A stretch of DNA of 64,000 nucleotides from Chrysomallon squamiferum (Eukaryota; Animalia; Mollusca), in NCBI GenBank assembly GCA_012295275.1, contig CM022665.1, forward strand, positions 45,694,001 to 45,758,000. Direction: 5' to 3'. The notes beneath the pieces were generated by a model. That model did no database searches and was not told the DNA's origin. It saw nothing but the letters and a program-made list of their open reading frames with translations. This document shows, one piece after another, positions 1 to 16,543 of this stretch; within the stretch, counting starts at the first letter, position 1; every line of letters begins with the position of its first letter. Made by a program: the position numbers and the translations under genes.

Positions 1-81
1 ATACATATATATATGTATGTATATATATATATATATAGGCACGCACAAACACAGACACATATATAAACATCATCTGTTTGA

Positions 82-121
<40 letters not shown>

Positions 122-299
122 ACATATACACACAGAAACATACGCTGACCCAAACATATGTACACATACAGCTATACACACACATAATCTCATAAATATT
201 ATCTATCTATACACACATACACACACATAAAAGTATGTCGTAAATATACATATAAACATATACGATATAAACTGCTATACTTTTTGTTTTTTGACTTAC

Positions 300-1236
<937 letters not shown>

Positions 1237-1740
1237 GCTGGACACGTCTACTGGGTAACCCGTTGTATGCTGGTCAGTCTTTATAAGCTATCAAGCCGGA
1301 TACGGGATGAACAAAGTTGTTTATGTATCCGGGATGCAAAAGCAATTAGAGATCACCAGCACAGTCATGTCGTCACTTACCTATCCGAGGAGAAACCTTG
1401 AGTTCAACCCGGACACAGATCAGAGATAAACAGTCGTTTTGAACATTGTTTACGTGTTTGTGTGAAGGTGTGAATAACAACAACGACAACAACGATGACG
1501 ACGACAACAACAACAGCCAGAACAACAACAACAACAACAGCAACAACGAGACCACAACTAACTGCCATTACTAAACTAATACTACTAATACTATTAATAA
1601 TAATCATATTAATAAGTAAATAAATAAATCGTGATAAATGTGTGAATGTATGTTTGAACAAAAATATGTGTGTATATGTATATGACTGGATAGATATCTA
1701 TATATGAATGATTATATGGACGTATCTGTAAACATATAAT

Positions 1741-1828
<88 letters not shown>

Positions 1829-3288
1829 CCATATTATCCATACACCCATCGTTTTATCTCCATTTATTTACTTATTTATTTATTTATTTAATTATTTATT
1901 TACTTGTGTATTCAAGTCAGTATGCACATGACTTAATAAATCATCCTTGTACCAAATCACAGTGAGAACAATTTTACAACACAGTAGATGCTGTCAGTAT
2001 GCATTTAACACTTCAATATTTATAGATACATAATATAGGCAGTCTTTGATCAATAGCTTTTAATACCTGCCACAAACTTTCAGGTGAGACATTTAACAAT
2101 AAATTAAATCGTAAATTGGGTTAACGGTTTATGTTGATTGGTGATAAACATTTTCGTAGAGAATAATCTGGTAAACAAAAAAGATGTTAATGCGCTGGAT
2201 ATTTACAGGAATGTTGTTTTAATGTAAAATTTTAAAATAGGATTTCTTCCAGTGCGAGAGATCAGACGTTGATGAAGAAGCAGCGAAAGTGTGCAACACT
2301 TAAGGTGAGCTAGTGACGGTAGGAAATAAGTATACGATTTCTGCGTTTAGTTATCTCTATCGCTCTCATTACAGAGGATTTGATTTATTTATTTACTTAC
2401 TTACTTAATTACATAATTAACTAGTTAATTAATTAATCAAAGGTAGATAAAGAAACACAATGTATAGAATTTTTAGGACAGTAATTAGCAAATAATAAAA
2501 GTTTCTCCCCCACACTTGTTATCGAGAATTTTATTTATTTATTTGTTTATTTATATATATTTATTTATTTATTATGAAATTAAACATAAAAATAAAATAA
2601 ACATATTCAAATATTTTGTATGATTATTAGATCGGATATCCTCAGAATACATGTGAATAATCGATAATCATCTCAAACGTATCGCAATTACCGTATTTAC
2701 TCTTGTATAAATCACAGCTTTTTTTTATACTTGTGTGTTTGTGTGTTTCTATTCGTGTATGTGTGTGGATGTGTTTGTGGTTATAGATATATAGACAGTC
2801 AGAGAGATAGACAGACAGACAGACAGTATATTATTACTATTTGTATTGTATTTATTATTTGTTTTATCAATTAATTGTATTAAAAATTTAAAAAGGTTCT
2901 TTTTTTTCTTTTTTTAATCATTCTATTTATTACGGTATTTACAGCTCTTCTTGCATTAGTTATGTATCTATGAATGTTTCTATAGTCTGTCTATTAGGGA
3001 ATTATCAATTTGTATACAATATTAAATTCATAGATGTACTTTTTTTTTTTTTTATTCTTTAGGAACTGAAAATGTCAGGGGTAATTTTGTTCAGACCAGT
3101 ACAAAATCATTCATAAAAATCTGAAAGAGCATTTTGATAGCTTAAATAGTTCTAACTAATGTTTCTTAAAATCCAAAGTAAAACAGAGAGATAATAATAA
3201 TAATAATGAAGAAATAAATAAAGAAACAAAGAAAGAAACAAAGAAAACAAGAAACAAAGAATTAATATTAATAATAAAAAAATTATAA

Positions 3289-3327
<39 letters not shown>

Positions 3328-3488
3328 ATCAATAAATAAATAAATTAATTAATTAATAAATAAAAACCGAACAAAAAACACAACATTATATTCATACGCT
3401 AAATTATAAATTTAATTTCTTTTCGACGTTTTTTTTTTCTTCTTCTTGTTTTTTTCTTTTTTGTTTTGTTTTGTTTTGTTTCTCCTCA

Positions 3489-4737
3489 CTAAGGTTCCTC
3501 ACCCAAAACTGGCGAGGTGCATATTCTGCAGCCGGAATATATAAAACAGCATTTCATGTTGCCTGGGCATTGGTAGTCGAAGTAGCAACGTTTTCTACAT
3601 AGGAACTGATCCTCACGGAAGGTAGCTGGACAACTGCCAACCCTAACTATTGCTGTAAGACAAATAATAATAATAATAATAGTAATAATAATAATAATAA
3701 AAGTAATAATTATAATAATAGTAATAATAATAACAATAATAATAATAATAATAATAATAATGATGATGATGATGATGATAATAAAATAGTAATCATAATA
3801 ATAATGATGATGATGATAATAGTAATAGTAATAATAATAAATAATAATAATAATAATAATAATATAATAATGATAATAAAATAAAGTAATAATAATAATA
3901 ATGATAATAATAAAATGACAATAATAATAATAAAATAATAATAATAGTAATAATAATAATAAAAAATTATAATACTAATAATAATAGTAATAATAATAAA
4001 AATAACAATAATAACAATACTAATAATAATAATAACAATAATAATAATACAACAATCATAATACAACAATAACAACAACAACAACAACAACAACAATAAT
4101 AATAACAGTAATAATAATAATAACAAAAATAATAATAATAATAACGCAAACACTTACTACAGATCCATTTATTGTAAATTGAGAAACACAACACAAGAAT
4201 AATATGAATTCTTATATCACTTTTAGTACATATAAACAATACATATACACTGGGGCAAATATTACAATGGTACGGCACCTATCAGCACACAAATGAGTTT
4301 ATCACTGACTGTCCCACTAATATTACACGGGTCTACTTCGCTGGTTCCTAAGCTAACTGTGTAACAATTGAATGTACCAGAAAATGGTGTAGCTAACAAT
4401 AGGACTTGATATTTGAAGTGAAAAATTACAGTATAATCATTAAAAACAATTAGTTTCAAAAATTATTTGAAATTGTATCTCGATCTATTTCTCGTTATGT
4501 GTTTGAAATATTAAAACAATCATTGGAAAAAGTATTATGATTATAAAACTTTATTATTAGCAAAGGTTGATATTATCCAAAGGAACTAACACTATGTTGT
4601 AAGAATTAAATTGCTCACGGACACACGTGGGTTCGGGTAGGCAAGGCGGTATTACACAATATGGCTCTATCATTTTACACATGAAGTGAGTTGGGCATGG
4701 GTGAAACTGGAAAAATAATAACAACAACAGTAATAAC

Positions 4738-4777
<40 letters not shown>

Positions 4778-6044
4778 GTAATAATAATAATAAAAACAAC
4801 GACAACAACAACAACAATAATAATAACAACAATAGTAATAATAATAACAATAATAAAATAATAATAATAGCAATAATAATAATGATAATAAAAGTGATAA
4901 TAGTAGTAACGATAATAATAATAGTAATAATAAAAATTATAATAGTAATAATAAAAGTAACAATAATAGTAGTAATAATGATAGTAATAATAACAGTAAT
5001 AATTATAATAGTAAATATAATAATAATAATAAAAGTAATAATAAAAATAATAGTAATATAATAATAATAGTAATAATAATAATAAAAAAAAATAATAATA
5101 ATAATAATAATAATAATAATTTGTCAACCATTTCAAAATATCTTACAGACACATTCTACCTATATCTATTTGAAACACGCGCCTATGTAGACATCATCTT
5201 TATCTCTGTGTATATGTGTGAATGCCTGTGTTTTCAGTTTATGTACACACATAAACACAAATAAATCTACGTCGTAAACATACATTTAAACAAACACGAT
5301 ATAAACTGAAATATATATTTTTTTATTATTATTTTTTTAAACTTACACCACACAGATACTCTCGTGCACCTAATTTTGCCTGCACTGTCAACATCAGAAG
5401 TGTACAGACAACCTGAAACGAAAATAACATCGCTTTTTAAACTTTCTGTTTGTCAGTAAGAAAAGCATGCAATACAAGTATTATAATTGTAGTTATTGAT
5501 TCTCAATGTTTTCTACACTTTTCAAGATAGAAACATTAATTTAAATGTGAGAAGATGCTTAGTATTGTTTTGAAATGCTTTTTCTTTTTTTTCTTCTATT
5601 TTCTTTTCTATTTTTTTTTTTTTTTTTTTTTTTATTATAATAATGATAAGTTTGTATACTAATTATATGATTATTTATTTAACACACACACACACACACA
5701 AACACATAATCTCTCTCTTTGTCTCTCTGTCTCTTTCTCTCTCTCGCTGTGTACCTAAGGCAAAAAGCCACAAACTAAAGCCATTATCACATTTGACAGT
5801 TTAACAATACCATCCCCAACACTTAATCAGGCTGTTGTGATTAAAATCATTATCAAATTTAAATATAAAATAATTCCATAGAGTACTCACGCACGCACAA
5901 ACATATACAAACACACGCATTCATGGTAAACACACACACAAAAAAGTCGTCATTATATATAACCGTTCAAAACTATATTAACAATTAAATAACAATGGTA
6001 CTTACAAAAATTGCCAGAAAGTCTACGCAACTGATCTTTGCCAT
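3489..6044 (-). CDS. Secreted 6-Cys module + WAP four-disulfide-core protein, copy B (118 aa)
   Basis: Exons 6044-6006, 5412-5347, 4706-4619, 3652-3489; all GT-AG, phases 0/0/1. Protein MAKISCVDFLAIFVVCTLLMLTVQAKLGAREYLCGFHPCPTHFMCKMIEPYCVIPPCLPEPTCVPIVRVGSCPATFREDQFLCRKRCYFDYQCPGNMKCCFIYSGCRICTSPVLGEEP*. The last exon has the 8-Cys WAP pattern (G-x-CP...C-x3-C-xxDxxC-P-xxx-K-CC...C..C). Confidence 0.92.
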
Positions 6045-6115
6045 GTTGGAAACGTCTACTGGGTAACCCGTGTATGCTGTTCAGTTTTTATAAAGTGTGA
6101 TGCCGAATACGTGAA
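6045..6115 (-). promoter_or_regulatory. TATA-box core promoter of the WAP genes (representative copy B; conserved in all 8)
   Basis: TATAAA 43-49 nt upstream of the ATG in every copy (1280, 6087, 10174, 14255, 18808, 23419, 28629, 34244). An Inr-like CCAGT lies about 30 nt downstream of TATA in A-G. A conserved GCCG(G/A)AT(A/G)CG lies just upstream of TATA, including in divergent copy H. Confidence 0.7.
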
Positions 6116-6314
6116 GGACAGTTGTTTTTGTATTCCAGATACAAAAGCAATTACTGACAAGCACAGACATCTCGTCAACAACAGCAACAACAACGACATT
6201 AAATAATGATAAATGTTCGATATGTATGTTTATACAAAAAGTGTGTGTGTTTGTATGTATGAGTGGATAGATATCTATATATGAATGATTATATGGACGT
6301 ATGTGTACGCACAT

Positions 6315-6408
<94 letters not shown>

Positions 6409-7079
6409 TGCCATGCATCCACCGTCATGTCTCTTTATTTATATATGTCAGTATGCACATGACTTAATAAATCATCCTTGTACCAAATCACGGTGAGAAC
6501 AATTTTTGTACACAGTGTTACTGTCAGTATACATCTATTTATTTATTTATAGATATATAATATAGGCAGTCTTTGATTAACAGGTTTTAATACCTGCCAA
6601 AAGCTTTCAGTTGATACCTTAAAACATAAATTAAATCGTAAATTGGGTTAACGGTTTTTGTTCAATAGTGATCAACTTTCGTACAGAATAGTCTGGTAAA
6701 CAGAAAAGATGTTAATGCGCTGGATATTTATAGTCTGTTGTTTCTTATGTAAAATTATAGAATAGGATTTCTTTCAGTGCCTGAGATCAGACGTAGATAA
6801 AGAAACAGGGTATATGTATACAACGAGAATTTTATTTATTTATATACTTACAGTACAGTTAGAGAGTGACAGTCATTAGGAACTAAATATAAGATTTCAG
6901 CGTTTTGTTTATTTATTATAGATTATGAAATTAGATATTTTATTTACAAACTTATTTAAATATTTTGTATGATTATTTAATTATCCTTATTTTTCGAATT
7001 CGATTTCATGTCAGTCGATTATATCCTGAATAATCGATTTATTATGCTGTTTTTTGCTTTCAATCAGAGAGACATAGAC

Positions 7080-7168
<89 letters not shown>

Positions 7169-7318
7169 AATAAATGGGGTGTAACTTTGACACAAGTAAA
7201 CCATCTGCTTTATATGCAAGAGAAAAGATTATAAATAGTTTTATAACATTCTGTGTAATTATTTATAAAGCATATATTATCTCCAGTTAGTTAATTATTT
7301 TGTCTATATATATATATA

Positions 7319-7363
<45 letters not shown>

Positions 7364-7837
7364 TATATTTATTATTATTTTTATTCGTTTTATCTTAAAG
7401 TATTATTGTTTTATCATTCTGTTTATTCACAGCTCTTCTTGCATTAGTTAACTGTCTATGACTTTTTCTGTAGTCTCTGTCAGTCACTGAATCATTAATT
7501 TGTATATAACACTATATTCATAACTGTACTTTTCTCTTTATCAGATCAGTATAAAATCAGTCATAACAAAATCCAAAACAGCATTTTAATAGTTTACATA
7601 GTTCTCACCAATGTTTCTTAAAATCCAAAGTAAAAAAATATATATATTAATAATAATAAAGAAATAAAGAAACAAACAAACAAACAAACAAAGAAATAAT
7701 ATTTATAATAAAAAAATAATAATAATAAATAAATAAATACCGAATAAAAAAAAGACAACATTATATTCATATGCTAAATCTTAAATTTAATTTCTTTTCG
7801 AATTTTTTTTTTTTTGTTGTTCTTTTTTTGTTTCTCC

Positions 7838-8048
7838 TCACCAAGGATCTGGATCCTGAATCGGGTAGGTGCATAATTTGCAGTTGGAATAGAAAAAGCA
7901 GCATTTATAGAAGAATGGGCATTCGTAGTCGAACGTGCAGTTTCCTCCACATCTGTACGTGAGAGGGGGTAAGGATGATGGACAATAGCCAAACTTAACT
8001 CTTCCTATAAGATAAATAATAATAATGATGATGATGATGATGATGATG

Positions 8049-8082
<34 letters not shown>

Positions 8083-8986
8083 AACAATAACAACAACAAC
8101 AACAACAACAATAATAATAATAATAAAGCAAACACTTATTTAAGATCTATTTATTGTAAATTTAGAAATATAGCACAAGAATAATATGAATTATTATAAC
8201 ACTTTTAGTACATATAAAGAATACATATACACTGGGGCGAATATTACAAGGGTACGGCACCTATCAGCACAAAAATGAGTTTATAACAGATCAACCGGTG
8301 ACTGTTCCACTAATATTACACGGGTCTACTTCGCTGGTTCCTAAGCTGTCTCTCAATGTGCCAAAAATCTCCTGTAGCTAACAATAGGACTTGATATTTC
8401 AAGTGAAGAATTACAGTATAATCAAGAAAACAATTCGCTTTAAAAATTATTTGAAATTATATCTCGACCTATTTATCATTATGTGTTTCAAATATTAAAA
8501 CAATCATTGGAAAAAGTATAATGATTATAAAACTTTATTATTAGCAAAGGTTGATACTATCCAAAAGAGCAAACACTATGTTGTAAGAATTAAATCACTC
8601 ACGCACACACGTGGGTACGGGTAGACAAGGCGGTATTACACAATATGGCTCTATCATTTTACACAAGTAGTGAGCTGGGCATGGGTGAAACTGGAAAAAT
8701 AATAATAACAATAATATTAATGGTAATAACAATAATAAAATAAAAATAATAATAGCAATAATAATAATGATAATAACAGTGATAGTAATACTGACAATAA
8801 CAATAACAAGAACAATAATAACAATAACGACAATACTAACAATAACAATAATAACAAGAATAATAATATAACAGTAACATCAATAATAATAACTAATAGT
8901 AACAATAATAATGAAACAATAATAATAATAGTAGTAATAATAATGATAACAACAATGATAAGTAATAGTAATAATAATAATAACAA

Positions 8987-9030
<44 letters not shown>

Positions 9031-9105
9031 GTAGTAATAATGATAATACTAATAACAGTAATAATTATAATAGTAATAATAATAAAAGTAATAATAATAA
9101 TAATA

Positions 9106-9143
<38 letters not shown>

Positions 9144-10131
9144 GTAATAATAGTAATAATAATAATATCAATAATAGTAATAATAATAATAACAATAAAA
9201 TAATAATAATAATAATGATAATTTGTCAAACATTTTAAAAATATTTTACAGACATATTCATCGTATAATTAAACATGCCTATATCTATTTCACACACGCG
9301 CCTATGTAGACATCATCTTTAACTCTATGTATATGTGTGAATGCCTGTGTTTTCTGTTTATGTACACACATAAACGCAAATAAATCTACGTCGTAATCAT
9401 ACATTTAAACAAACACGATATAAACTCAAATATATATTTTTTAAACTTACACGACACAGATGTTTTGATTCATTTGATTTTGCCTGCACTGTCAACATCA
9501 GAAGTGTACAGACAACCTGAAACGAAAATAACATCGCTTTTTAAACTTTCTGTTTGTCAGTATGAAAAGCATGCAATACAAGTATTATAATTGTAGTTAT
9601 TGATTCTCAATGTTTTCTACACTTTTCAAGATAGAAACATTAATTTAAATGTGAGAAGATGTTTAGTATTGTTTCGAAATGATTTTTTTCTTCTATTTTT
9701 TTATTTTTTGCATTATAAAATAATATTATAATAATGATAAGTTTGTATACTAATTATATGATTATTTATTTAACACACACACACACACACACATAATCTC
9801 TCTCTTTGTCTCTCTGTCTCTTTCTCTCTCTCGCTGTGTACCTAAGGCAAAAAGCCACAAACTAAAGCCATTATCACATCTGACAGTTCAACAATACCAT
9901 CCCCAACACTTAATCAGACTGTTGTGATTAAAATCATTATCAAATTTAAATATAAAATAATTCCATAGAGTACTCACGTACGCACAAACATATACAAACA
10001 AACACATGTATGGTAAATCCACACACACAAAAGTCGTCATTATATATAACCGTTCAAACCTATATTAACAATTAAATAACAATGGTACTTACAAAAACCG
10101 CCAGAAACTTTACACAATTGATCTTTGCCAT
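7838..10131 (-). CDS. Secreted 6-Cys module + WAP protein, copy C (119 aa)
   Basis: Exons 10131-10093, 9516-9451, 8690-8603, 8004-7838. MAKINCVKFLAVFVVCTLLMLTVQAKSNESKHLCRFHPCPAHYLCKMIEPYCVIPPCLPVPTCVRRVKFGYCPSSLPPLTYRCGGNCTFDYECPFFYKCCFFYSNCKLCTYPIQDPDPW*. Intact frame, canonical splice sites. Confidence 0.92.
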
Positions 10132-10401
10132 GCTGGAAACGTCTACTGGGTAACCCGTGTATGCTGTTCAGTTTTTATAAAGTGTCAAGCCGAATACGTG
10201 AAGGACAGTTGTTTTTGTATTCCAGATACAAAAGCAATTACTGACAAGCACAGACATCTCGTCAACAACAGCAACAACAACGACATTAAATAATGATAAA
10301 TGTTCGATATGTATGTTTATACAAAAAGTATGTGTGTTTGTATGTATGAGTGGATAGATATCTATATATGAATGATTATATGGACGTATGTGTACGCACA
10401 T

Positions 10402-10509
<108 letters not shown>

Positions 10510-10981
10510 CATAGATTCGTAGCTACATCTCTCATAGATACATATTTTGTTTGTTTTTTGTGTTTGTTTCCCTGCCACAAACGTTCAGGTAAATTAAATC
10601 GTAAATTGGGTTAACGGTTTATGTTCATTGGTGTTCAACTTTCGTACGGAATAATCTGGTAAACAGAAAAGATGTTAACGCGCTGGATATTTACAGGCTG
10701 TTGTTTCTTATGTAAAATTATAGAATAGGATTTCTTTCAGTGCCTGAGATGAGACATAGATAAAGAAACAGGGTATGTATGCAACATCTACAGTGAGAGA
10801 GTGACAGTCAATAGGAACTAAGTATAAGATTTCAGCGTTTGTTTCTTATTATAGAGGATTTTATTTACTTACTTACTTACTTACTTAATTAATTAATTTT
10901 GTTTTCGTGTCAGTCGATTATATCCTGAATAATCGATTTATTATGCTGTTTTGCTTTCAATCAGAGAGACAGAGATAGACT

Positions 10982-11075
<94 letters not shown>

Positions 11076-11739
11076 AATATTAAATTATTTAACTTTGACA
11101 TAAAATAAAATAAACCATCTGCTTTATATGCAAGAGAAAAGATTATAAATAGTTTTATAACATTCTGTGTAATTATTTATAAAGCATATATTATCTCCAG
11201 TTAATTATTTTGTCTATATATATATATCTGTGTGTGTGTATAAATATATATATATATATATATATGTATGTATTATATTTATTATTCGTTTTATCACTTA
11301 AAGTATTACTGTTTTATCATTCTGTTTATTCACAGCTCTTCTTGCATTAGTTAACTATCTATGACTTTTTCTGTAGTCTCTGTCAGTCACTGAATCATTA
11401 ATTTGTATATAACACTATATTCATAACTGTACTTTTCTCTTTATCAGATCAGTATAAAATCAGTCATAACAAAATCCAAAACAGCATTTTAATAGTTTAC
11501 ATAGTTCTCACCAATGTTTCTTAAAATCCAAAGTAAAAAAATATATATATTAATAATAATAAAGAAATAAAGAAACAAACAAACAAACAAAGAAACAAAG
11601 AAATAATATTTATAATAATAAATAAAAAAATAATAAATAAATAAATACCGAATAAAAAAAGACAACATTATATTCATATGCTAAATTTTAAATTTAATTT
11701 CTTTTCGATTTTTTTTTTTTTTTTTTTTTTTTTTTCTCC

Positions 11740-11950
11740 TCACCAAGGATCTGGATCCTGAATCGGGTAGGTGCATAATTTGCAGTTGGAATAGAAAAAG
11801 CAGCATTTATAGAAGAATGGGCATTCGTAGTCGAACGTGCAGTTTCCTCCACATCTGTACGTGAGAGGGGGTAAGGATGATGGACAATAGCCAAACTTAA
11901 CTCTTCCTATAAGATAAATAATAATAATGATGATGATGATGATGATGATG

Positions 11951-11984
<34 letters not shown>

Positions 11985-13141
11985 AACAATAACAACAACA
12001 ACAACAACAACAATAATAATAATAATAAAGCAAACACTTATTTAAGATCTATTTATTGTAAATTTAGAAATATAGCACAAGAATAATATGAATTATTATA
12101 ACACTTTTAGTACATATAAAGAATACATATACACTGGGGCGAATACTACAATGGTACGGCACCTATCAGCACACAAATGAGTTTATCACAGATCAACCGG
12201 TGACTGCTCCACTAATATTACACGGGTTTACTTCGCTGGTTCCTAAGCTGACTGGGTAACAACTGTATGTGCCAAAAACAATGGTGTAGCTGACAAAAGG
12301 ACTTGATATTTCAAGTGAAGAATTACAGTATGTATCAAGAAAACAATTCGTTTTAAAAATTATTTGAAACTGTATCTCGATCTATTTCTCGTTATGTGTT
12401 TGAAATATTAGAACAATCATTGGAAAAAGTATTATGATTATAAAACTTTATTGTTAGCAAAGGTTGATTCTATCCAAAAGAGCAAACACTATGTTGTAAG
12501 AATTAAATCACTCACGCACACACGTGGGTACGGGTAGACAAGGCGGTATTACACAATATGGCTCTATCATTTTACACAAGTAGTGAGCTGGGCATGGGTG
12601 AAACTGGAAAAATAATAATAACAATAATAATAATGGTAACAACAATAATAAAATTAAAATAATAATAGCAATAATAATAATGATAATAACAGTGATAGTA
12701 ATACTGACAATAACAATAATAACAATAACAACAATAATATTAACAAGAACAATAATAACAATAACAGCAATAATAATAACAATAATAAAATAACAGTAAC
12801 ATCAATAATAATAACTAATAGTAACAATAATAATAATAGTAGTAATAATAACAATAACAACAATAATATTAACAAGACCAATAATATCAATAACAACAAT
12901 AATAATAACAATAATAATATAACAGTAACATCAATAATAATAACTAATAGTAACAATAATAATGAAACAATAATAATAATAGTAGTAATAATAATGATAA
13001 CAACAGTGATAGTAATACTAACAATAACAATAATAGTAATAATAAAAATAATAATAGTAGTAATAACAATAATAGTAATAATAATAGTAGTAATAATGAT
13101 AATACTAATAACAGTAATAATTATAATAGTAATAATAATAA

Positions 13142-13178
<37 letters not shown>

Positions 13179-14212
13179 TAATAATAATAGTAATAATAGT
13201 AATAATAATAATATCAATAATAGTAATAATAATAATAACAATAAAATAATAATAATAATAATTGTAATTTGTCAAACATTTTAAAAATATTTTACAGACA
13301 TATTCATCGTATAATTAAACATGCCTATGTCTATTTGACTCACGCGCCTATGTAGACATCATCTCTATCTCTGTGTATATATGTGAATGCCTGTGTTTTC
13401 TGTTTATGTACACACATAAACGCAAATAAATCTACGTCGTAATCATACATTTAAACAAACACGATATAAACTCAAATATATATTTTTTTTTATTATTTTT
13501 TTAAACTTACACCACACAGATACTCTCGTGCACCTAATTTTGCCTGCACTGTCAACATCAGAAGTGTACAGACAACCTGAAACGAAAATAACATCGCTTT
13601 TTAAACTTTCTGTTTGTCAGTAAGAAAAGCATGCAATACAAGTATAATTGTAGTTATTGATTCTCAATGTTTTCTACACTTTTCAAGATAGGAACATTAA
13701 TTTAAATGTGAGAAGATGCTTAGTATTGTTTTGAAATGCTTTTTCTTTTTTTTTCTTCTATTTTCTTTTCTATTTTTTTTTTTTGCAATATAAAATAATA
13801 TTATAATAATGATAAGTTTGTATACTAATTATATGATTATTTATTTAACACACACACACACACACACACACACATAATCTCTCTCTTTGTCTCTCTGTCT
13901 CTTTCTCTCTCTCGCTGTGTACCTAAGGCAAAAAGCCACAAACTAAAGCCATTATCACATTTGACAGTTCAACAATACCATCCCCAACGCTTAATCAGGC
14001 TGTTGTGATTAAAATCATTATCAAAGTTAAATATAAAATAATTCCATAGAGTACTCACGTACGCACAAACATATACAAACAAACACATGTATGGTAAATC
14101 CACACACACAAAAGTCGTCATTATATATAACCGTTCAAACCTATATTAACAATTAAATAACAATGGTACTTACAAAAACCGCCAGAAACTTTACACAATT
14201 GATCTTTGCCAT
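11740..14212 (-). CDS. Secreted 6-Cys module + WAP protein, copy D (119 aa)
   Basis: Exons 14212-14174, 13576-13511, 12603-12516, 11906-11740. Exons 1, 3 and 4 match copy C; exon 2 matches copy B (LGAREYLCG). Intact frame. Confidence 0.9.
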
Positions 14213-14482
14213 GTTGGAAACGTCTACTGGGTAACCCGTGTATGCTGGTCAGTTTTTATAAAGTGTCAAGCCGAATACGTGAAGGACAGTTGTTTTTGTA
14301 TTCCAGATACAAAAGCAATTACTGACAAGCACAGACATCTCGTCAACAACAGTAACAACAACGACATTAAATAATGATAAATGTTCGATATGTATGTTTA
14401 TACAAAAAGTGTGTGTGTTTGTATGTGTGAGTGGATAGATATCTATATATGAATGATTATATGGACGTATGTGTACGCACAT

Positions 14483-14594
<112 letters not shown>

Positions 14595-15204
14595 TGCCAT
14601 GCATCCACCGTCATGTCTCTTTATTTATTTAAGTCAGTATGCACATGACTTAATAAATCATCCTTGTACCAAATCACGGTGAGAACAATTTTTGTACACA
14701 GTGTTACCGTCAGTATACATCTATTTATTTATTTATAGATATATAATATAGGCTGTCTTTGATTAACAGGTTTTAATACCTGCCAAAAGCTTTCAGTTGA
14801 TACCTTAAAACATAAATTAAATCGTAAATTGGGTTAACGGTTTTTGTTCAATAGTGATCAACTTTCGTACAGAATAGTCTGGTAAACAGAAAAGATGTTA
14901 ATGCGCTGGATATTTATAGGCTGTTGTTTCTTATGTAAAATTATAGAATAGGATTTCTTTCAGTGCCTGAGATCAGACGTAGATAAAGAAACAGGGTATA
15001 TGTATACAACACTTACAGTGAGAGAGTGACAGTCATTAGGAACTAAATATAAGATTTCAGCGTTTTGTTTCTTATTATAGAGGATTTTATTTACATACTT
15101 ACTTAATTATTTAATTACTTATTTTTCTCTTCGTGTCAGTCGATTATATCCTGAATAATCGATTTATTATGCTGTTTTGCTTTCAATCAGAGAGACAGAG
15201 ATAG

Positions 15205-15280
<76 letters not shown>

Positions 15281-15762
15281 AGAGAGAGACAATAAAGGGG
15301 TAATTAGCAATTAATTATGAGATTTCCCTTAACTTTTGAATTTTATTTATTTATATATTTATTTATTTATTTAATTATTATGAAATTAGATATAAAATAA
15401 AATAAACCATTTTGTATGATTATTAGATCCGATATCCTCAGAATACAAGTGAAGCATCGAAAATCGATAATCATGCCATATAAATAGTATTTATTCTTGT
15501 ATAAAACATTACATGTGTTTTTGTGTTTCTGTTCGTGTATGTCTGTGTATGTGTTTTGTATATAATAGATAGACAGACGGACGGAGAGAGAGACATAACA
15601 GATAGACAAAATATATATATATATAAATGGGGTGTAACTTTTAATTAAACCATCTGCTTTATATGCAAGAGAAAAGCTTATAAATAGTTTTTATAACATT
15701 CTGTGTAATTATTTATAAATATATATTATAGTTATTAATTATTTTGTCTATATATATATATC

Positions 15763-15815
<53 letters not shown>

Positions 15816-16281
15816 TATATTTATTATTCGTTTTATCACTTAAAGTATTATTGTTTTATCATTCTGTTTATTCACAGCTCTTCTTGCATTAGTTAACTAT
15901 CTATGACTGTTTCTGTAGTCTCTGTCAGTCACTGAATCATTAATTTGTATATAACACTATATTCATAACTGTACTTTTCTCTTTATCAGATCAGTATAAA
16001 ATCAATCATAACAAAATCCAAAACAGCATTTTAATAGTTTACATAGTTCTCACCAATGTTTCTTAAAATCCAAGTAAAAAAATATATATATTAATAATAA
16101 TAAAGAAATAAAAAAAAAAAAAACAAACAAAGAAACAAAGAAATAATATTTATAATAAAAAAAAAAAAATAATAAATAAATAAATACCGAATAAAAAAGA
16201 CAACATTATATTCATATGCTAAATTTTAAATTTAATTTCTTTTCGATTTTTTTTTTTTTTTGTTGTTTTTTTTGTTTCTCC

Positions 16282-16497
16282 TCACCAAGGATCTGGATCC
16301 TGAATCGGGTAGGTGCATAATTTGCAGTTGGAATAGAAAAAGCAGCATTTATAGAAGAATGGGCATTCGTAGTCGAACGTGCAGTTTCCTCCACATCTGT
16401 ACGTGTGAGAGGGGGTAAGGATGATGGACAATAGCCAAACTTAACTCTTCCTATAAGATAAATAATAATAATGATGATGATGATGATGATGATGATG

Positions 16498-16543
<46 letters not shown>

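Noticed and set aside
6081-6428. Recurrent ORF '[12 protein letters not shown]...GLTLYKN' in several units
   Set aside because: It recurs only because the upstream flank is duplicated. It overlaps the TATA box and is frameshifted in copies E and F.
7774-7992. ORF 'MAIVHHPYPLSRTDVEE...' and its + strand counterpart
   Set aside because: Alternative-frame and antisense shadows of the WAP exon.
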